Shown here piece by piece: positions 38,441 through 52,569 of a stretch of DNA of 64,000 nucleotides. This DNA comes from Eledone cirrhosa (Eukaryota). Under the pieces are notes generated by a model that did no database searches, was not told the DNA's origin, and was given only the letters and a program-made list of their open reading frames with translations. The translations under genes and the position numbers were made by a program. Position 1 is the first letter of the stretch, and every line of letters begins with the position of its first letter. Location of the stretch: positions 214,582,001 through 214,646,000 of the forward strand of contig OZ024740.1 of NCBI GenBank assembly GCA_964016885.1. The letters are read 5' to 3'.

Positions 38441-39214
38441 TGTGAGAAGTATGAAAGGTACTAATCCCATGTTCTTCTTAGCTAAATCTGGAAGTATTCC
38501 TTCTTTCTATAGTAACAATGAAACACACTTTTACAGAGCTTTTATAGGGAACTATTTAAGTACTGGAATAAGAAACGAAATTTAAATTTCTTTCATTAAA
38601 TAGAAAAACATATTTGAGTCTTGCTACGTTAACAACGAAATTATATGTTGTTGTTGTTATCATTGTTGTTGTTGCTGCATTTGTTGTTGTTGACGCCCAG
38701 ATTAGCTCTGTTTAAGCAAACCTATTATCAAAGGTATTCCGGCCGTACCATGTCATCTTTTTATATATCATGACAAGAATGGTTCATTATTCAAGACAAA
38801 TGTAAACTTGACTAGTTTGTTATTGTTATTTAGTTAGCAATGAGTTCAATCCCGCCGAGGTTGACTTTGCCTTTCATCCTTACGGGGTCGATAAAATAAA
38901 GTACCAGTAATGAACTGGGAAATGGCTGGCCTTGTGCCTAAAGTAGAAACAGTTATTTAGTTAGCAATGATTAAGTAGACCTGTAATCAAAGTTGTCGTC
39001 CATATAACCATCCCATCATGTATTCAAACAGTGTATCATATTAAAGTACGGCTGCTAACTCTCTTAAGTCTAACACTCCGTGATTAACTTTTAGTCAGCC
39101 ACGTTGAAAACCTTTGAGAAATTCTGCACGTATTGTATATTGAATAATATATGATATGTTTATGAAAAACATTTGAAGGCTATGAACTTTTAAGGTTGAG
39201 ACAGACGTCACACA

Positions 39215-39470
39215 CCTAACCTCAGCAAAAACAGGGGGAAGCAATCGACAATGCCAGCGCTTCTCATATATCAGCGTTTATCAAGACTACTAATCTTCCC
39301 GTTTCTGTTTAGGCTAAAGTAAGCTAGAATCTTATAGATTTCTGCTTATGTATATGAGTTGATAAAACTCATTTGCATACGGAGCTGTAGCCAGCCAGGC
39401 TTAAATTAAAAATTGTTTGTATCAATGCTCCAATATACATATGAATATATATATATATACTGCTATTTTG
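39215..39470 (-). mobile_element. Diverged relative of the 653-975 monomer
   Basis: Shares CAGCAAA..ACAGGGG, TTATCAA, TCTTATAGA, TAC.GAGC.GT.GCC.G.CA.GC and TGCTC in the same order and similar spacing; ends in (TA)n. Confidence 0.6.
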
Positions 39471-39759
39471 GAGCAGCAAATATATCTGTTTTCAAACTAA
39501 AAATAATTTATTTTTAATATCCAGAATGAATTTTTAATCTATACACAATTTTTAATCTACACAACACTCTCTTTGTTCATATACAGGAATTATAATTATA
39601 TTAAAAGACAATTGATAGGATATGTGATCTAAAGAAGATTCAGTGTTAGATTTTTCTGATTTCCTAAAAAAAAAGAATAATTTAATTTTTCTAGATATCG
39701 AAGAATTTCCAAGAAGAAGTGACAAAGGTAGTGATTTCTTATTCTTGTTTGTATTGGAG

Positions 39760-39959
39760 NNNNNNNNNNNNNNNNNNNNNNNNNNNNNNNNNNNNNNNNN
39801 NNNNNNNNNNNNNNNNNNNNNNNNNNNNNNNNNNNNNNNNNNNNNNNNNNNNNNNNNNNNNNNNNNNNNNNNNNNNNNNNNNNNNNNNNNNNNNNNNNNN
39901 NNNNNNNNNNNNNNNNNNNNNNNNNNNNNNNNNNNNNNNNNNNNNNNNNNNNNNNNNNN
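39760..39959. other. Assembly gap (200 N)
   Basis: Run of N. Confidence 1.
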
Positions 39960-42290
39960 TTCTTCTTGTCTACTTCGCCTGATTTAGTTTATCAGTATTT
40001 TTTTTAATAAGAAATCTTCAGAAAACATTTCATATTCACAGCATCGACAAACTACAATTGTAAAGCTCGTGATATGAATATGTCATACCTTTTTTATACC
40101 TTTTTAAAATTTTATTTTAGTGTTTTTATATATATTGTATGTTTTTGTTGTGACTGATGTCTATTAATGAAATAATTAGAATTGCAAAGTGTTGAATGGT
40201 AAAAAATACGACCGTCTGAGATAAGTTTATATATTTTCTTTTCGATTGTTAATCTCATCCATCTGCCCAATATGATGTCTGCTGTATGTAATTTTGATCC
40301 GTCTGGCTTGGTTAGTAGAAGCTACTCATACAGTCAAATTTGTATGTAGTGTAGTAGCGTAATAGCAATATGATAGATCAACCACAGGTAAGAAAACTAA
40401 ACGCAATAACGGTCGAAATCAGTGTCACTGCAGAATTAAATTACAAATATTATTCCCTCCTGGAAGAAATGACAATAAAATTATATATTCATTGGTCGTA
40501 TGTTTTCCTTGTTTTTCCATAGGAATATCCACGTCTGTTTCCATCAATCTGTCAGCTAAGTTTCCCCCCTTTTTTTTCTCTTATGACTGGTGGCCTGATT
40601 TGACCTTTTGTCACAAAAAGCGAGATGGGGAGGGATTTTTTCAGAGCTAATGGAGACATCAAATGGATAGGAACAATTTGGGGTGGGGGGCTAACAAATG
40701 AGGCCAATTTTTATAGCGTTCCGCACTGCTTGTCTTCAATAATGAAATTCAACGAAGGATTTAGATTGACAAAAAATACGACATAATTCATGAACAGGAG
40801 AAGAAGAAATAATGAAATTTGAATAAGATAAACTTCTTCGTAAAAAGTCTTAACTATGAATGTAGAAAGTGTAATTCTTGAGAAGAAAATCTTCCGTCTC
40901 TCTTTTTTCTTTCTTTATTTCGCTCTCTCTCTCTCTGCCCCCTCTCCCCTCCCCTCTCTCTCACTACCCCTCTCCTCCTCTCTCTCTATCTCTCTCTCAC
41001 TACCCTCTCCCCCTCTGTTTCTATATCTCTCTTTCTCTCACTACCCTTCTCCCACTCCCTCTAGTAAAGCTCACTTTCATTATCGATAAATTCGATTTAT
41101 TCATGACACGAGAAAACGTCGTTATAAAATCAAGATCTAAAATAAAAAACCTCCAACTATATTGATACGAACAGATGTCATTAGACAATCATGCTCTAAT
41201 TTATATTCCACAGTAAACAATATGGCCGCCATTGGTAGTTATATATTTCTTTGTGTGTGTGTATCTGTGTGTGTGTGTATATGTGTATGTGTGTATGAAG
41301 GATTTGTGTGTGTGCTTCTGTATATATGTGTGTTTATATGTATATGTGTGTGCGTGTATGTGTGTATGCGTGTGTATGTGTGTGTATGTATGTAAGTGTG
41401 TATGTGTGTGTGTATGTGTATATATGCGTGTATTTGTATGTGTATACGCGTACGTGTCTATGTGTGTGTATACGTGTATGTGTATGTGTGTGTATACGTG
41501 TATGTGTATATGTGTATGTGTATATATGTGTGTGTAGAGGATTTGTTGATCCTCATATCTCTCACAGAAACTTATTAATGGAATATTTAATGAAATCTAG
41601 AGATAACGTATAACATTTCAACACACACATGCACACACACGCACACACACACACACACACACACCCACACACACACACCACAGACACATACACATAGACA
41701 CATACACATATACACATACATAGACATAGACACATAGTTAGACATATAGACACACACAGACGCACGCACACACACACATACATAGACACATAGACATATA
41801 GACACTCACGCACACGCATATATATATACACATACACACACACAAGTAAGCACTCAAACATGTAGGAACATACACTCATATAAGCCGGCATTCATACATG
41901 TATACACACATACCATCATAGAATCACATAAGCCCGCACTCATACATGTATGCACACATACACAGACACAGCACAAAGACTACATTGATATATTTTACCA
42001 TACGACATCATATAATATCATTGCAAATAATAAAATATTCCAGACTATGTCAGAACCTCTGGCAACCATGTGATAATGTTATACCAGATATCAATTCCTA
42101 TTATATTGTATAGTATTGTCGTACTTCACAGGATATTTTATTGTCTATCATATTATTCTACATTATTACATCACTACTAAGTCGAGTCAACGATGTAGCT
42201 TCTACCTGGTGGCTCTATCTGTTAGAAATATCAACCAAATCTCCATCAAAACATACCTTAACGACTTATAAAAGGACATATTAGATAATG

Positions 42291-43276
42291 TACGAGGGTC
42301 GGCTGAAACGTTCATAGGCTGACTATGAAGGAGTGATGCTAAAGCTGCAAGCATTAATGCTTGCATGCATTAATGCTTGCATGCATTAATGCTTGCATGC
42401 ATTAATGCTTGCATGCATTAATGCTTGCATGCATTAATTTCAACTCTTATTAATAACTGCATTGTATCTTTCCAGGGACTATGTTGAAAAATAATCCTCA
42501 TTTGTTCATTCCATGAGAGTATCTTGGTCAGTATATGATGGAGTGATGCTAGAGCTGTGAAATCTTGCATGCATTAATTTCAACTCTTATTAATAACTGC
42601 ATTGTATCTTTCCAGGGACTATGTTGAAAAATAATCCTCATTTGTTCATTCCATGAGAGTATCTTGGTCAGTATATGATGGAGTGATGCTAGAGCTGTGA
42701 AATCTTGCATGCATTAATTTCAACTCTTATTAATAACTGCATTGTATCTTTCCAGGGACTATGTTGAAAAATAATCCTCATTTGTTCATTCCATGAGAGT
42801 ATCTTGGTCAGTATATGATGGAGTGATGCTAGAGCTGTGAAATCTTGCATGCATTAATTTCAACTCTTATTAATAACTGCATTGTATCTTTCCAGGGACT
42901 ATGTTGAAAAATAATCCTCATTTGTTCATTCCATGAGAGTATCTTGGTCAGTATATGATGGAGTGATGCTAGAGCTGTGAAATCTTGCATGCATTAATTT
43001 CAACTCTTATTAATAACTGCATTGTATCTTTCCAGGGACTATGTTGAAAAATAATCCCCATTTGTTCACTACATGAGAGTATCTTGGTCAGCCTATCAAA
43101 GAGTTGTTCTAGAGCTGTGAAACCAACCAGGTATTAATTTCAACTCTTATTAATGACTGCATTTTTTTCGTTCCAGGGACTATGTTGAACAATAAACCTC
43201 ATTGGTTCATTCCATGAGAGTATCTTGTTCAGCCTATGAACTATTCAGCTTATGAACTATTCAGCTGACCCTCGTA
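42291..43276. mobile_element. mariner-type MITE with TA target duplication and an internal 140-bp tandem array
   Basis: TA-CGAGGGTCGGCTGAAACGTTCATAGGCTGA ... ATGAACTATTCAGCTGACCCTCG-TA; units start at 42431, 42571, 42711, 42851, 42991 and 43131. Solo TIR copies at about 14369 and 58030. Confidence 0.9.
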
Positions 43277-46051
43277 GTCTGAAGTACACTATGACTGGTA
43301 AAAATGCAATCAGAAAGATCAGGGTTTGATTGTATTTGGCCAAAGGTATGTTCTCTCAGGTGTGGTTTAGAGCTCAACTATAACTACAGGCATTATTCTT
43401 CACCTTTCTACTGTTATAAACATAGCAAGTCATTCTATAGTTATCAACTCAAATCACACCATACTTCAGTATGGTGGTTTCCTGCCATGTTTTATTGATT
43501 GAAGATCAATTTTTGGGGTTCGTTGATCTAAAGTACCAATCAGACTTGAATAGAGGAGGCGGCCCATCAAAGTGTTAAATGACAAATCAAATAAGCAAGT
43601 TTGGTATTCCCATTTAAAACTGCTTCAAATAGTAAACAGTCATCGTTACTTAGCAATAATCAGGTAGACCTGTAATCAAAGGTGATGCAGTCATAACCAT
43701 TCCAATGTGTATTCAAACAATGTATATATAAACTACATTATACAGTGTACTGTATATCTTTTATGACAGTGTGATTGTTGTTGATGAAGATTTTACTTCT
43801 GTTTCTAGCAGGCCAAGCAAAGTCATTGAGGCGCCCACACAGGGATGTATAGCAAATAGTTCTTTGGGAAGAAAGGGATGTTGTAAATACCCATTTTCTC
43901 AATCTATAAATATAAATCTTATACTTACATAAGAGAAAATGTTTGTGTTGATGTCATATTTTATGGGGTACAAAGTCATTAACCACTCGTATCTATAGCT
44001 ATGTTGTTATTATCACATGACGTTTACAGTTAGCAAAGTATCAAATAATCGTTCACCCACCTCTAACAGCGAGCCGCCTCTAAAATTAAATAATATCCTT
44101 TCTTTGTGAACAAAGGAGAAGGAAACTTCGGTGCAATTGCTTAATCTGATAGAAATAAATAAAATATTGTTTCAATCACGAATACTGTAAAACATTCTAT
44201 CTGACATTCTGCCAGTTCACCGCCATTTTGTTATATTTAAAAACTAAATGATTGAATATCACTAAGTAATGTAGAGCAGCTTAAGTTTTGGTGCTCGCGG
44301 TGCACCACTTAACTGATACGGTAGTTTTAGTTTCACAATAGAGAGCTTAATGTTTTACCAAAGTATTTCAACATCAGCTTGTAGTAAATATTTAGAAGAA
44401 AAAGGGGATAAAACCACAGTATGTAATGCTAGCTGATAGTATTTTTTACGTCTTAGTCAAGGTGGATAGTGCAGAAACTTATGACCTCAGAGACTTATGG
44501 GGGAAAGAAGAAAGGTATCCTCAGCCATTGGACTTTTCAGCCGACCTTCGTTTAATAGTTTTGTTATCAGGAGTACTGCTTAAAAAGCTAACTAGTTTGA
44601 AAGCCACAGATAGTAAGGTTAAATATATTCAGAGAAAATGGTCTCAGACAGAGAGAAACACTAAAACAGCAAGAAATGTGTTAGTTTGAAGTCAGAGTTT
44701 ATGGAAGATTTTCGGGAATAAATTGCGTGGTGGCAGATTCGATTTGAAGCTATGATTTCGTTTAGAAGATTTGTGCGTTTGTACGGATTGTCTTGGAGGA
44801 TATATAGCTATAGGGCGATAGTTTTCGTTATTCATTCATCTTCCATTGATGGATCAAGAGGGAATTATATTTGTTGATCTTGGTGAAGTTAAGATAAAAA
44901 ATCAAGTTTGCAGCCTGGACACGAAGACGTAGTTTGAACCATTTTCCTCTCTAAAATCTTTGTAAAAAGGAATAAACGTCAATGTTTCTAATTTATCCAC
45001 TTTAGGAATAACACAATTTCATATTCCGCTCAAGTAACGGCATCTTTTAAGTTATTTATCATGTTTTTGATTGTGGGTTGGAAAGGTCATTAGAAGGTCG
45101 GATAGAATGCTTTGTAATATTCACTTCAGCTCTTTGTGGTCTAAGTTCAACGTACCACCGGGAATTGAACTTACGGCCTTACCATCATGAACCGAATACT
45201 CAAACCAGTAAGCCACACGCCTTCACATACATATACACATACATGCATTCGTACATACATACATATATACATACACACATACATAAATATGTACATACAT
45301 ACACACACACATACATACATACATACATACATACGTACGTACATAAAGGTACATGTATGCCTGATGACGTTTAAAGCGGTTGAAACATATCATAGATCTA
45401 AATATTATAAAATATCTACAGCAAAAGGAGGAGGTTAATAAATCCAGGTAATTATAATCAAATTAACAACAATTAACCACCGACATAAAGACATTTAAAT
45501 AATATTTCATACTTGTCTAAGACACAATATATGAACGGATGGGTTAAAGCATCAAAGTGACCTTATGACTAAATATTTAAACATCTCAGTCACAAACTAA
45601 ATACATGAGTAAATAAATGGTGTGATAATATCTGGGAGAATGTAGTCAGATGGCGACCTGACGTGACTATAATTGATTTGATCACAGTATTGCTAGCTCA
45701 GACAATAGCAGGAATATAAAGAAGCCAAATAAAGGTGGGATCAGATTTCAGCTAAGAAACTACAAAAGATATAAAGCAACTAACAACTACTTGCAGAACG
45801 TTATTGTTTCTTTTTGGTTTGGTTTTTTGTTTGATTTATTTTTTAGGGTTTTTTCACCTTTCTCTTCTTTACACTTTTAAATGATAGCACCTGGGCACCC
45901 AGGCAGCCTGGCACCTTGGCACTCCGGCACCCTGACATTCTGGCACCCAGTCGGAAATGAGCGTGAATTTGAATGAAGCATAGTAAGAAAAAAAAAGGAA
46001 GTTATCAATAAGTGACCTGATATATATACGTGTGGGTGGGTATATGTATTA

Positions 46052-46161
<110 letters not shown>

Positions 46162-46276
46162 ATATATATGTATATATATATATATATTATTATTATTATA
46201 TTACATTCAAAGTAAAGGATGTCATGAATGATACAAAATCAAACACACACACATACATATATATATATATATGCAT

Positions 46277-46321
<45 letters not shown>

Positions 46322-46420
46322 TATATGTATATATACATATATATGAGTGCATATATATATAGGCACATACATACTCACAAACTCACGCACATGTGTATAT
46401 GATGATACTACTACTACTAC

Positions 46421-46458
<38 letters not shown>

Positions 46459-47009
46459 GTCATTTAAATACCATCTTTCTTGTAATGAAAGCTTGAGGTG
46501 TGAATGATCTTTTGAAACGAAACAGTAAATTTGATGGAGGAGTGTGGCGGGGGGGGGGGGGGGCTGGAAATGGTGTCACTTCTACTCTATTAGATTGCTG
46601 AATATGTAATCAATCATAATTATGTCATTAAGGGACATTTATAGGCGTGATAATTAGTCTAGAAAGGGCATATCAATTATATATCCTCTTTCCAACCAAC
46701 TTTCACTACCAGTTTTTTACTTGTGTTATCTCATCTCTTCAACTTGTCCTACTTTTCTTCTTTTTGTCCGTTTGTTGTTGTTTTTTTAATGTTTATTTGC
46801 ATTTAATATTCATCATTCTGTTGTATTTTCGTTGTTGTTGTTGTTGTCGACGTTGTTAATGTTATTGATTTTCAATTTAGACACAAGGCCAGCAAATTTA
46901 GGGAAAGAGTAAAGTTGACCTCAGCAGGATTTGAACTCAGACTGTAAAGAACCAGAACAAATACTACAATGGCATTTTATCTGACACTCTACTAATTCTT
47001 CCACTTGAG

Positions 47010-47245
47010 AATGGACAGTAAATATTACAATCTTGCACGCCTGAAAGCAGTCGCTAAAGCCCAAACCACCAATGCTGGTAACCTTCTCTTTGTAGATGAG
47101 TTTACACTTAATACCAACACTGCCGGCAACATACAACAAAGCATGTACAGGTTCTCTACAGCCTGCGATAACTGATATCTATCAACACAAACTAAAATGA
47201 AGTGGTATACCATCTCTCACTAAACCACGAGTACAACAAACCCAA
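47010..47245 (+). mobile_element. RTE (BovB-like) RT fragment, decayed
   Basis: YNLARLKAVAKAQ..GNLLFVDEFTLN..IQQSMYRFSTACDN resembles the RTE FNL.RL.AKTK..LLFADD..MQ..MDRF..AC motif. Confidence 0.65.
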
Positions 47246-48264
47246 AATAATGGTTTCTGATTTAAGCACAAGGCCAACAATTTTTGCGAGAAAAATGTCG
47301 ATTAAATCGACCCCAGTGCGTTACAGGTACTTTATTTTATCGACACCGTGAAGATGGAAGGCAAAGCTAACCTCGGCGGGATTTGAACATTTTCTAAACC
47401 AGTAGCGTGTGATGTGAGGAGATTTGGCTACTATTTCTTGCACACTCTTTACTTCACAAGCTTTTCCCACAGGTCGGATCTGCGTTATTTTTATGAGATA
47501 AAAGAATTACTATAAACACCTTAGTTTGTTTTAAAGCTGTATACCCCTTCCTGAAGTGCTGTAACCTTCTTCTATGTTAAAAATCAATGTTGATACACAT
47601 CATAAAGGTTTGGGGCTGGGGGAAACAAGAATAAATTTTATTGATCCAGAAAGACAAAAGATAAACTCTACCCTAGCTGAACCGTAAAGCCTTTTCTCCA
47701 GCACTCTAACTGCACTGCAATCCACGTCCTTTGATCGTTATAATAATTATTTCTCACATAATTCTGGCTTTTTACGTTGAGTTTAAGTCACATCGATGTT
47801 AACTATGCTTTCATCCTTCTCGGATCGATAAAATTAAGTATCAATTAAGGTCGATAAAATGAAGTATCAATTAAGGTCGATAAAATAGAATATCAATCAA
47901 GCAGTGATTTCGATATAATCGATTGTTCCCTCCCTCAAATTTCTGGCCTTGTGCCTATGTAAGAAATTATTGTAGTTTACATAATACGAAATGGGAAGTC
48001 GTGAGGATCAGTATTGTTTTCATGTTTCCTTCTAACCTTATTTATTTATGTAAGTGAGGTAAAATCGTGATTTATCTGCAACGGAGATTTGAAACCTGAT
48101 CAAGGTTCACTGAATTCTTACTGCTTCTAGTATGGCTGAAGGATGTCTGAAGCCTTATCGCACCGGATTGTGTCCAATTTGTATTGGGGAAACTGACTCC
48201 AGATCACGTAGGCCGCTTCACATTCTTTGATCACAATAGGTTCTGATATGTTGTGGAGAACATT

Positions 48265-49027
48265 GTTGATAACGATAAGTCAGGAGGTGACCCTAGAAAG
48301 AAACGCTTCGTTGATAGATATAAGACAAGAGGTCACCCTCGAAAGGAACGTTTCGTCGGTATGGTAAAGATACAACAGGAGGTCACCCTCGAAAGGAACG
48401 ATTCGTTGATAACAGGAGGTCACCCTCGAAAGAAACGCTCCGTTGATAAAGATACGACAGGAGGTCACCCTCGAAAGGAAGGCTTCGTTGATAAAGATAC
48501 GACAGGAAGTCACCCTCGAAAGGAAGGCTTCGTTGATAAAGATACGACAGGAAGTCACCCTCGAAAGGAAGGCTTCGTTGATAAAGATACGACAGGAGCT
48601 CACCCTCGAAAGGAAGGCTTCGTTGATAAAGATACGACAGGAAGTCACCCTCGAAAGGAAGGCTTCGTTGATAAAGATACAACAGGAGGTCACCCTCGAA
48701 AGGAAGGCTTCGTTGATAAAGATACGACAGGAGGTCACCCTCGAAAGGAAGGCTTCGTTGATAAAGATACGACAGGAAGTCACCCTCGAAAGGAAGGCTT
48801 CGTTGATAAAGATACGACAGGAAGTCCCCCTCGAAAGGAAGGCTTCGTTGATAAAGATACGACAGGAGCTCACCCTCGAAAGGAAGGCTTCGTTGATAAA
48901 AATACAACAGGAGGTCACCCTCGAAAGGAAGGCTTCGTTGATAAAGATACGACAGGAGGTGACCCGAGAAAGAAACGCTCCGTTGATAACGATACGACAG
49001 GAGGTCACCCTCGAAAGGAACGCTTCA
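48265..49027. repeat. 45-bp minisatellite, about 17 units
   Basis: GGAGGTCACCCTCGAAAGGAAGGCTTCGTTGATAAAGATACGACA. Confidence 0.95.
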
Positions 49028-49273
49028 CTTAACTATTTCCAATTATCATTAATTTATTAACATAGCAATAATTTCTAATTAGCATTATTTATTGATTTAT
49101 TTAATTATTGTATGTTTATTTATTGCTTGATTGATTGAGCTCTCTCCTGAAAGAAAGAAGGCCACCAATTGTCTGATTAACATACAAAGAAACCTGATTC
49201 TTTTTTTTATTCTCTTTTCATTCATGTTTTCTGCTATGTATCCCTTCTACATTTCTCTCATACTACTTAGCTC

Positions 49274-49349
<76 letters not shown>

Positions 49350-49350
<1 letters not shown>

Positions 49351-49531
49351 GAGTTGAGGGTTGTTCTATCGACGGGGTATTAAACAACCCATTTGTGGCG
49401 CCTCCCCCCTATTGGGGATTTCGATTGTTGAAATTGTTTGTTTTTATATTTTTTACACGACTGTATGTAAAATCCCCGGCATGTCTTTGTATTGTCCCCT
49501 TTCTTGTTGCGCCCTTGTGGCTAATAAAGAA

Positions 49532-49532
<1 letters not shown>
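49350..49532 (+). mobile_element. 5'-truncated Tx1-family 3' UTR inserted in (TATC)n
   Basis: CCCCCTATTGGGGA..TGTATTGTCC..CCCTTGTGGCTAATAAAGAAA matches the 3' UTRs at 30685-30831 and 21405-21553. Confidence 0.8.
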
Positions 49533-49601
<69 letters not shown>

Positions 49602-50504
49602 ATATTCCTATCTATCTATACTTCTCTCACCCTTCTTCTCTTACCTCATCTATCTTAATATTTCTCACACTCTGCCTTTTCATTGCTTTTTAAGTCACAC
49701 CCTTTCTCTTTCTCCCTCTCTCTTTCTCCCTTTCTTTCTTACTCACAATCTTCTATATCTGATTATCTATTACCACCACTGGAGTTTTTTTCTTTTTCTT
49801 TTCTTTGAGTAACACATTCTTACTCCGTATACACACTTCTCCCTCGCTCTCTCTCTCGCCCCTCTTCCCCTTTCTCTCTCACCCCTCCCTCTTATTCACT
49901 ATACTGTACTACTCTCCCTTCAATTATTCCTTTCTTTTATCCTAACCCAGTCTTCTCTCCTCTTCTCTCAGTTTTTTTTTTCTAACAATTTTAGTTAATT
50001 TTACTTCTACAATTTTAGCCAAAAGATATCGATTTCATAACCAATTGAAATTAGGAATTCTTTAGTATTTATTAGTTACACTTAAGAATGGCAATTGGGA
50101 GAAAGAAGTGTAATTAGCAGTGAAAACTGCAGCACAAAATATAATGGCTCTGAGTTTGTTTGTTGAAAGAATAAAAGAATAATCGCTTCAATTGAACGAA
50201 CAGGGAATACTGAAAACTCTTCAGAAATACGGAGATTCACCCAGCCATGTAGTAGAAACTTGTATAATAATGGGGAAAAGATTATGGTAAATAATAATAT
50301 TGAAGATTTCTAATTTAGGCACAAGGCCAGGAATTTAGAGGAAGGGATAAATCGATTAAATTTACCCCAGTACTTGAATGGTACTTTATTTTATCGATAC
50401 TGGAAGAAAGACATGTAAAGTTGACCTCTGCAGAATTTAACCTCAGAAGGCAAAAAGCCGTAACACAAATACTACGAAGCATTTTGTTCGGCACTCTAAC
50501 GATG

Positions 50505-51652
50505 TTCCATTTCGAACTCTCTTTGGGGTCTCAGGATACCCAATCTGTGTGCATCCATCCCATGCCACACGGGACAGGTTGCAGGCCCATCGCCAGTTTT
50601 TTACAGCATGAGATGGAGCCTGCAATATATATTTCGAACAGGCTCCTCTACAAAAGGCCTGAAGTGAACCCGTGTTTACCCGCATGAAAGACGATGCGGT
50701 GTGCCTGCTTTTGATACGTCTCGCCATATTGCAGTGAATATTTGCTGGTCTTATTCGCGCCAGTCATCAAAATGACACTTTTCTCAGACACACAAAAAAG
50801 GGTTGGAAGTGGTACCAAGATTGGTGGGTGTAAAATCAGTCTGTTTGAATTTGCAGATGACATAGTATTACTTACCTTGTCAGAAGGTGACATACACTTG
50901 ATAGGTTTGATGTCGAGTGCTACACGACTGGAATGAAAATCAGTACTGCGGAAACTGAGCCATTTGTCTTCTCAAGGAAGCCTGAGCCGTTCGCTCTACA
51001 TGCGAGTGGATATCCACTGAAGCAGGTGGCAAAGTTCATCATTTTGGGACCATGTTCACGAGCCAATGAAGGCAGGAGGCAGAATTAAGCGCAAACATTG
51101 CAGATGCGTGTGCTGTAATGTGTCATATTCAGTACTCGGTTGTCAGAAGGGAGGTAGGTGTAAAAGCCAAACTTACTATCTTCAATTCGGTATTCGTGCC
51201 AACCCTTATCTATGGTCATGAATTTTGGGTAATGACCGAAAGAGAGTAAGATCGCGAATACAAGCGGCCGAAATGGACCCCCCGAAGAGTCTTAGGAGTA
51301 ATGTTACTCGATAAAGTGTGTTGCTCGGAGATCAGAGAGTCACTCCAGGTAGTGCTGCTACTTCTCTAAATTGAGACATCACAGGATCCGTAGTATGTCT
51401 CAGTAAAGAATCGGTTGACAGATTTTACGAGCAGAAAGGACCGGCAGGAGACTCAGGGCAAGATGATTGCACAACATTCATGAGCTTGGTTGGTCACACT
51501 TCGGTATCCAGCCAGATTAGTTGGAGACGGCTGCTTCTGACAGGACCTGCTAGAAGGAGTGTTTGAGGACCCTGTCCCTCCCCCCCCCCCCACACACACA
51601 CACACGACCCTCCCATCAATACGTGGAAGAAGAAGAAGAAGAAGAAGAAGAG
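50505..51652 (+). mobile_element. RTE-clade LINE 3' fragment with (GAA)n tail
   Basis: ISLFEFADDIVLL; SVFVPTLIYGHEFWVMTER; RSRIQAAEM. Confidence 0.8.
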
Positions 51653-52020
51653 GCGAGGTGAGGTAGCAATTATTCGAGACCCGAGAGTACGTATCTGTTA
51701 CAATACATATCCTATTTCATATAGTGGGGTGATGAAAAAATAAGTTTTCACTCCATCTTACACGAAATACGGTATGTTCAGGGGTGGTGGAAGAATTTCT
51801 GAATTGTAGTTTCTGTGTGTGTGGGGTGGGGGAAAATTTAGTCAATTTAGTTATAATGATTAGTTTAGCTCTTTGCACTCATGGTCAGACATTTTCGATA
51901 TCCGATAAACATAACATGTACATAAATTGAAGCGCATATCCAAATAGATGTGTGTTTTGGTAGCTTGGGGAGAAAAATATAAACATTGGGGGATGATGAC
52001 ATGCCCCCTCCCGGTCCAAC

Positions 52021-52096
<76 letters not shown>

Positions 52097-52165
52097 TAAA
52101 AGAAGTATGCTCTGTACCTTTTCCTAAGTGGTAATAAACTGGTATTATACCCAATTTATTCATCT

Positions 52166-52200
<35 letters not shown>

Positions 52201-52293
52201 AAAAAACATGAGAAGAAAGAAGAATACTGCGTGGTTGCACATGGGTTACATATGATAAAATTATTCCCTCGTCAGTGATTTGCCAACCATCAT

Positions 52294-52441
52294 TTGAAAA
52301 TGTTGTAGGTTAAGATAAATCTCAGAAAACAATAAAACATTAAAAAGAAAACAGTCATGATATAAGTGCAAACAATGACTCTGTTTTCTTTTTAATGTTT
52401 TATTGTTTTCTGAGATTTATCTTAACCTACAACATTTTCAA
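52294..52441. repeat. Inverted repeat with about 60-bp arms, next to a partial hammerhead at 52219-52278 (minus)
   Basis: TTGAAAATGTTGTAGG...AAGAAAACAG / CTGTTTTCTT...CCTACAACATTTTCAA. Confidence 0.85.
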
Positions 52442-52569
52442 CATGTGGATTACATCGAGTTCTTCATGCAGAATAGACCCCACAACTTACAGTGGATACC
52501 TCTGTGTGTGTGTATATATATATAAAGTTTCACCTGCGCACCCACAGGTTCACCAGTCTTGTATGATGA

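Noticed and set aside
48253-49060. Several overlapping repeat ORFs
   Set aside because: The 45-bp unit is open in multiple frames, so these are a minisatellite artefact.
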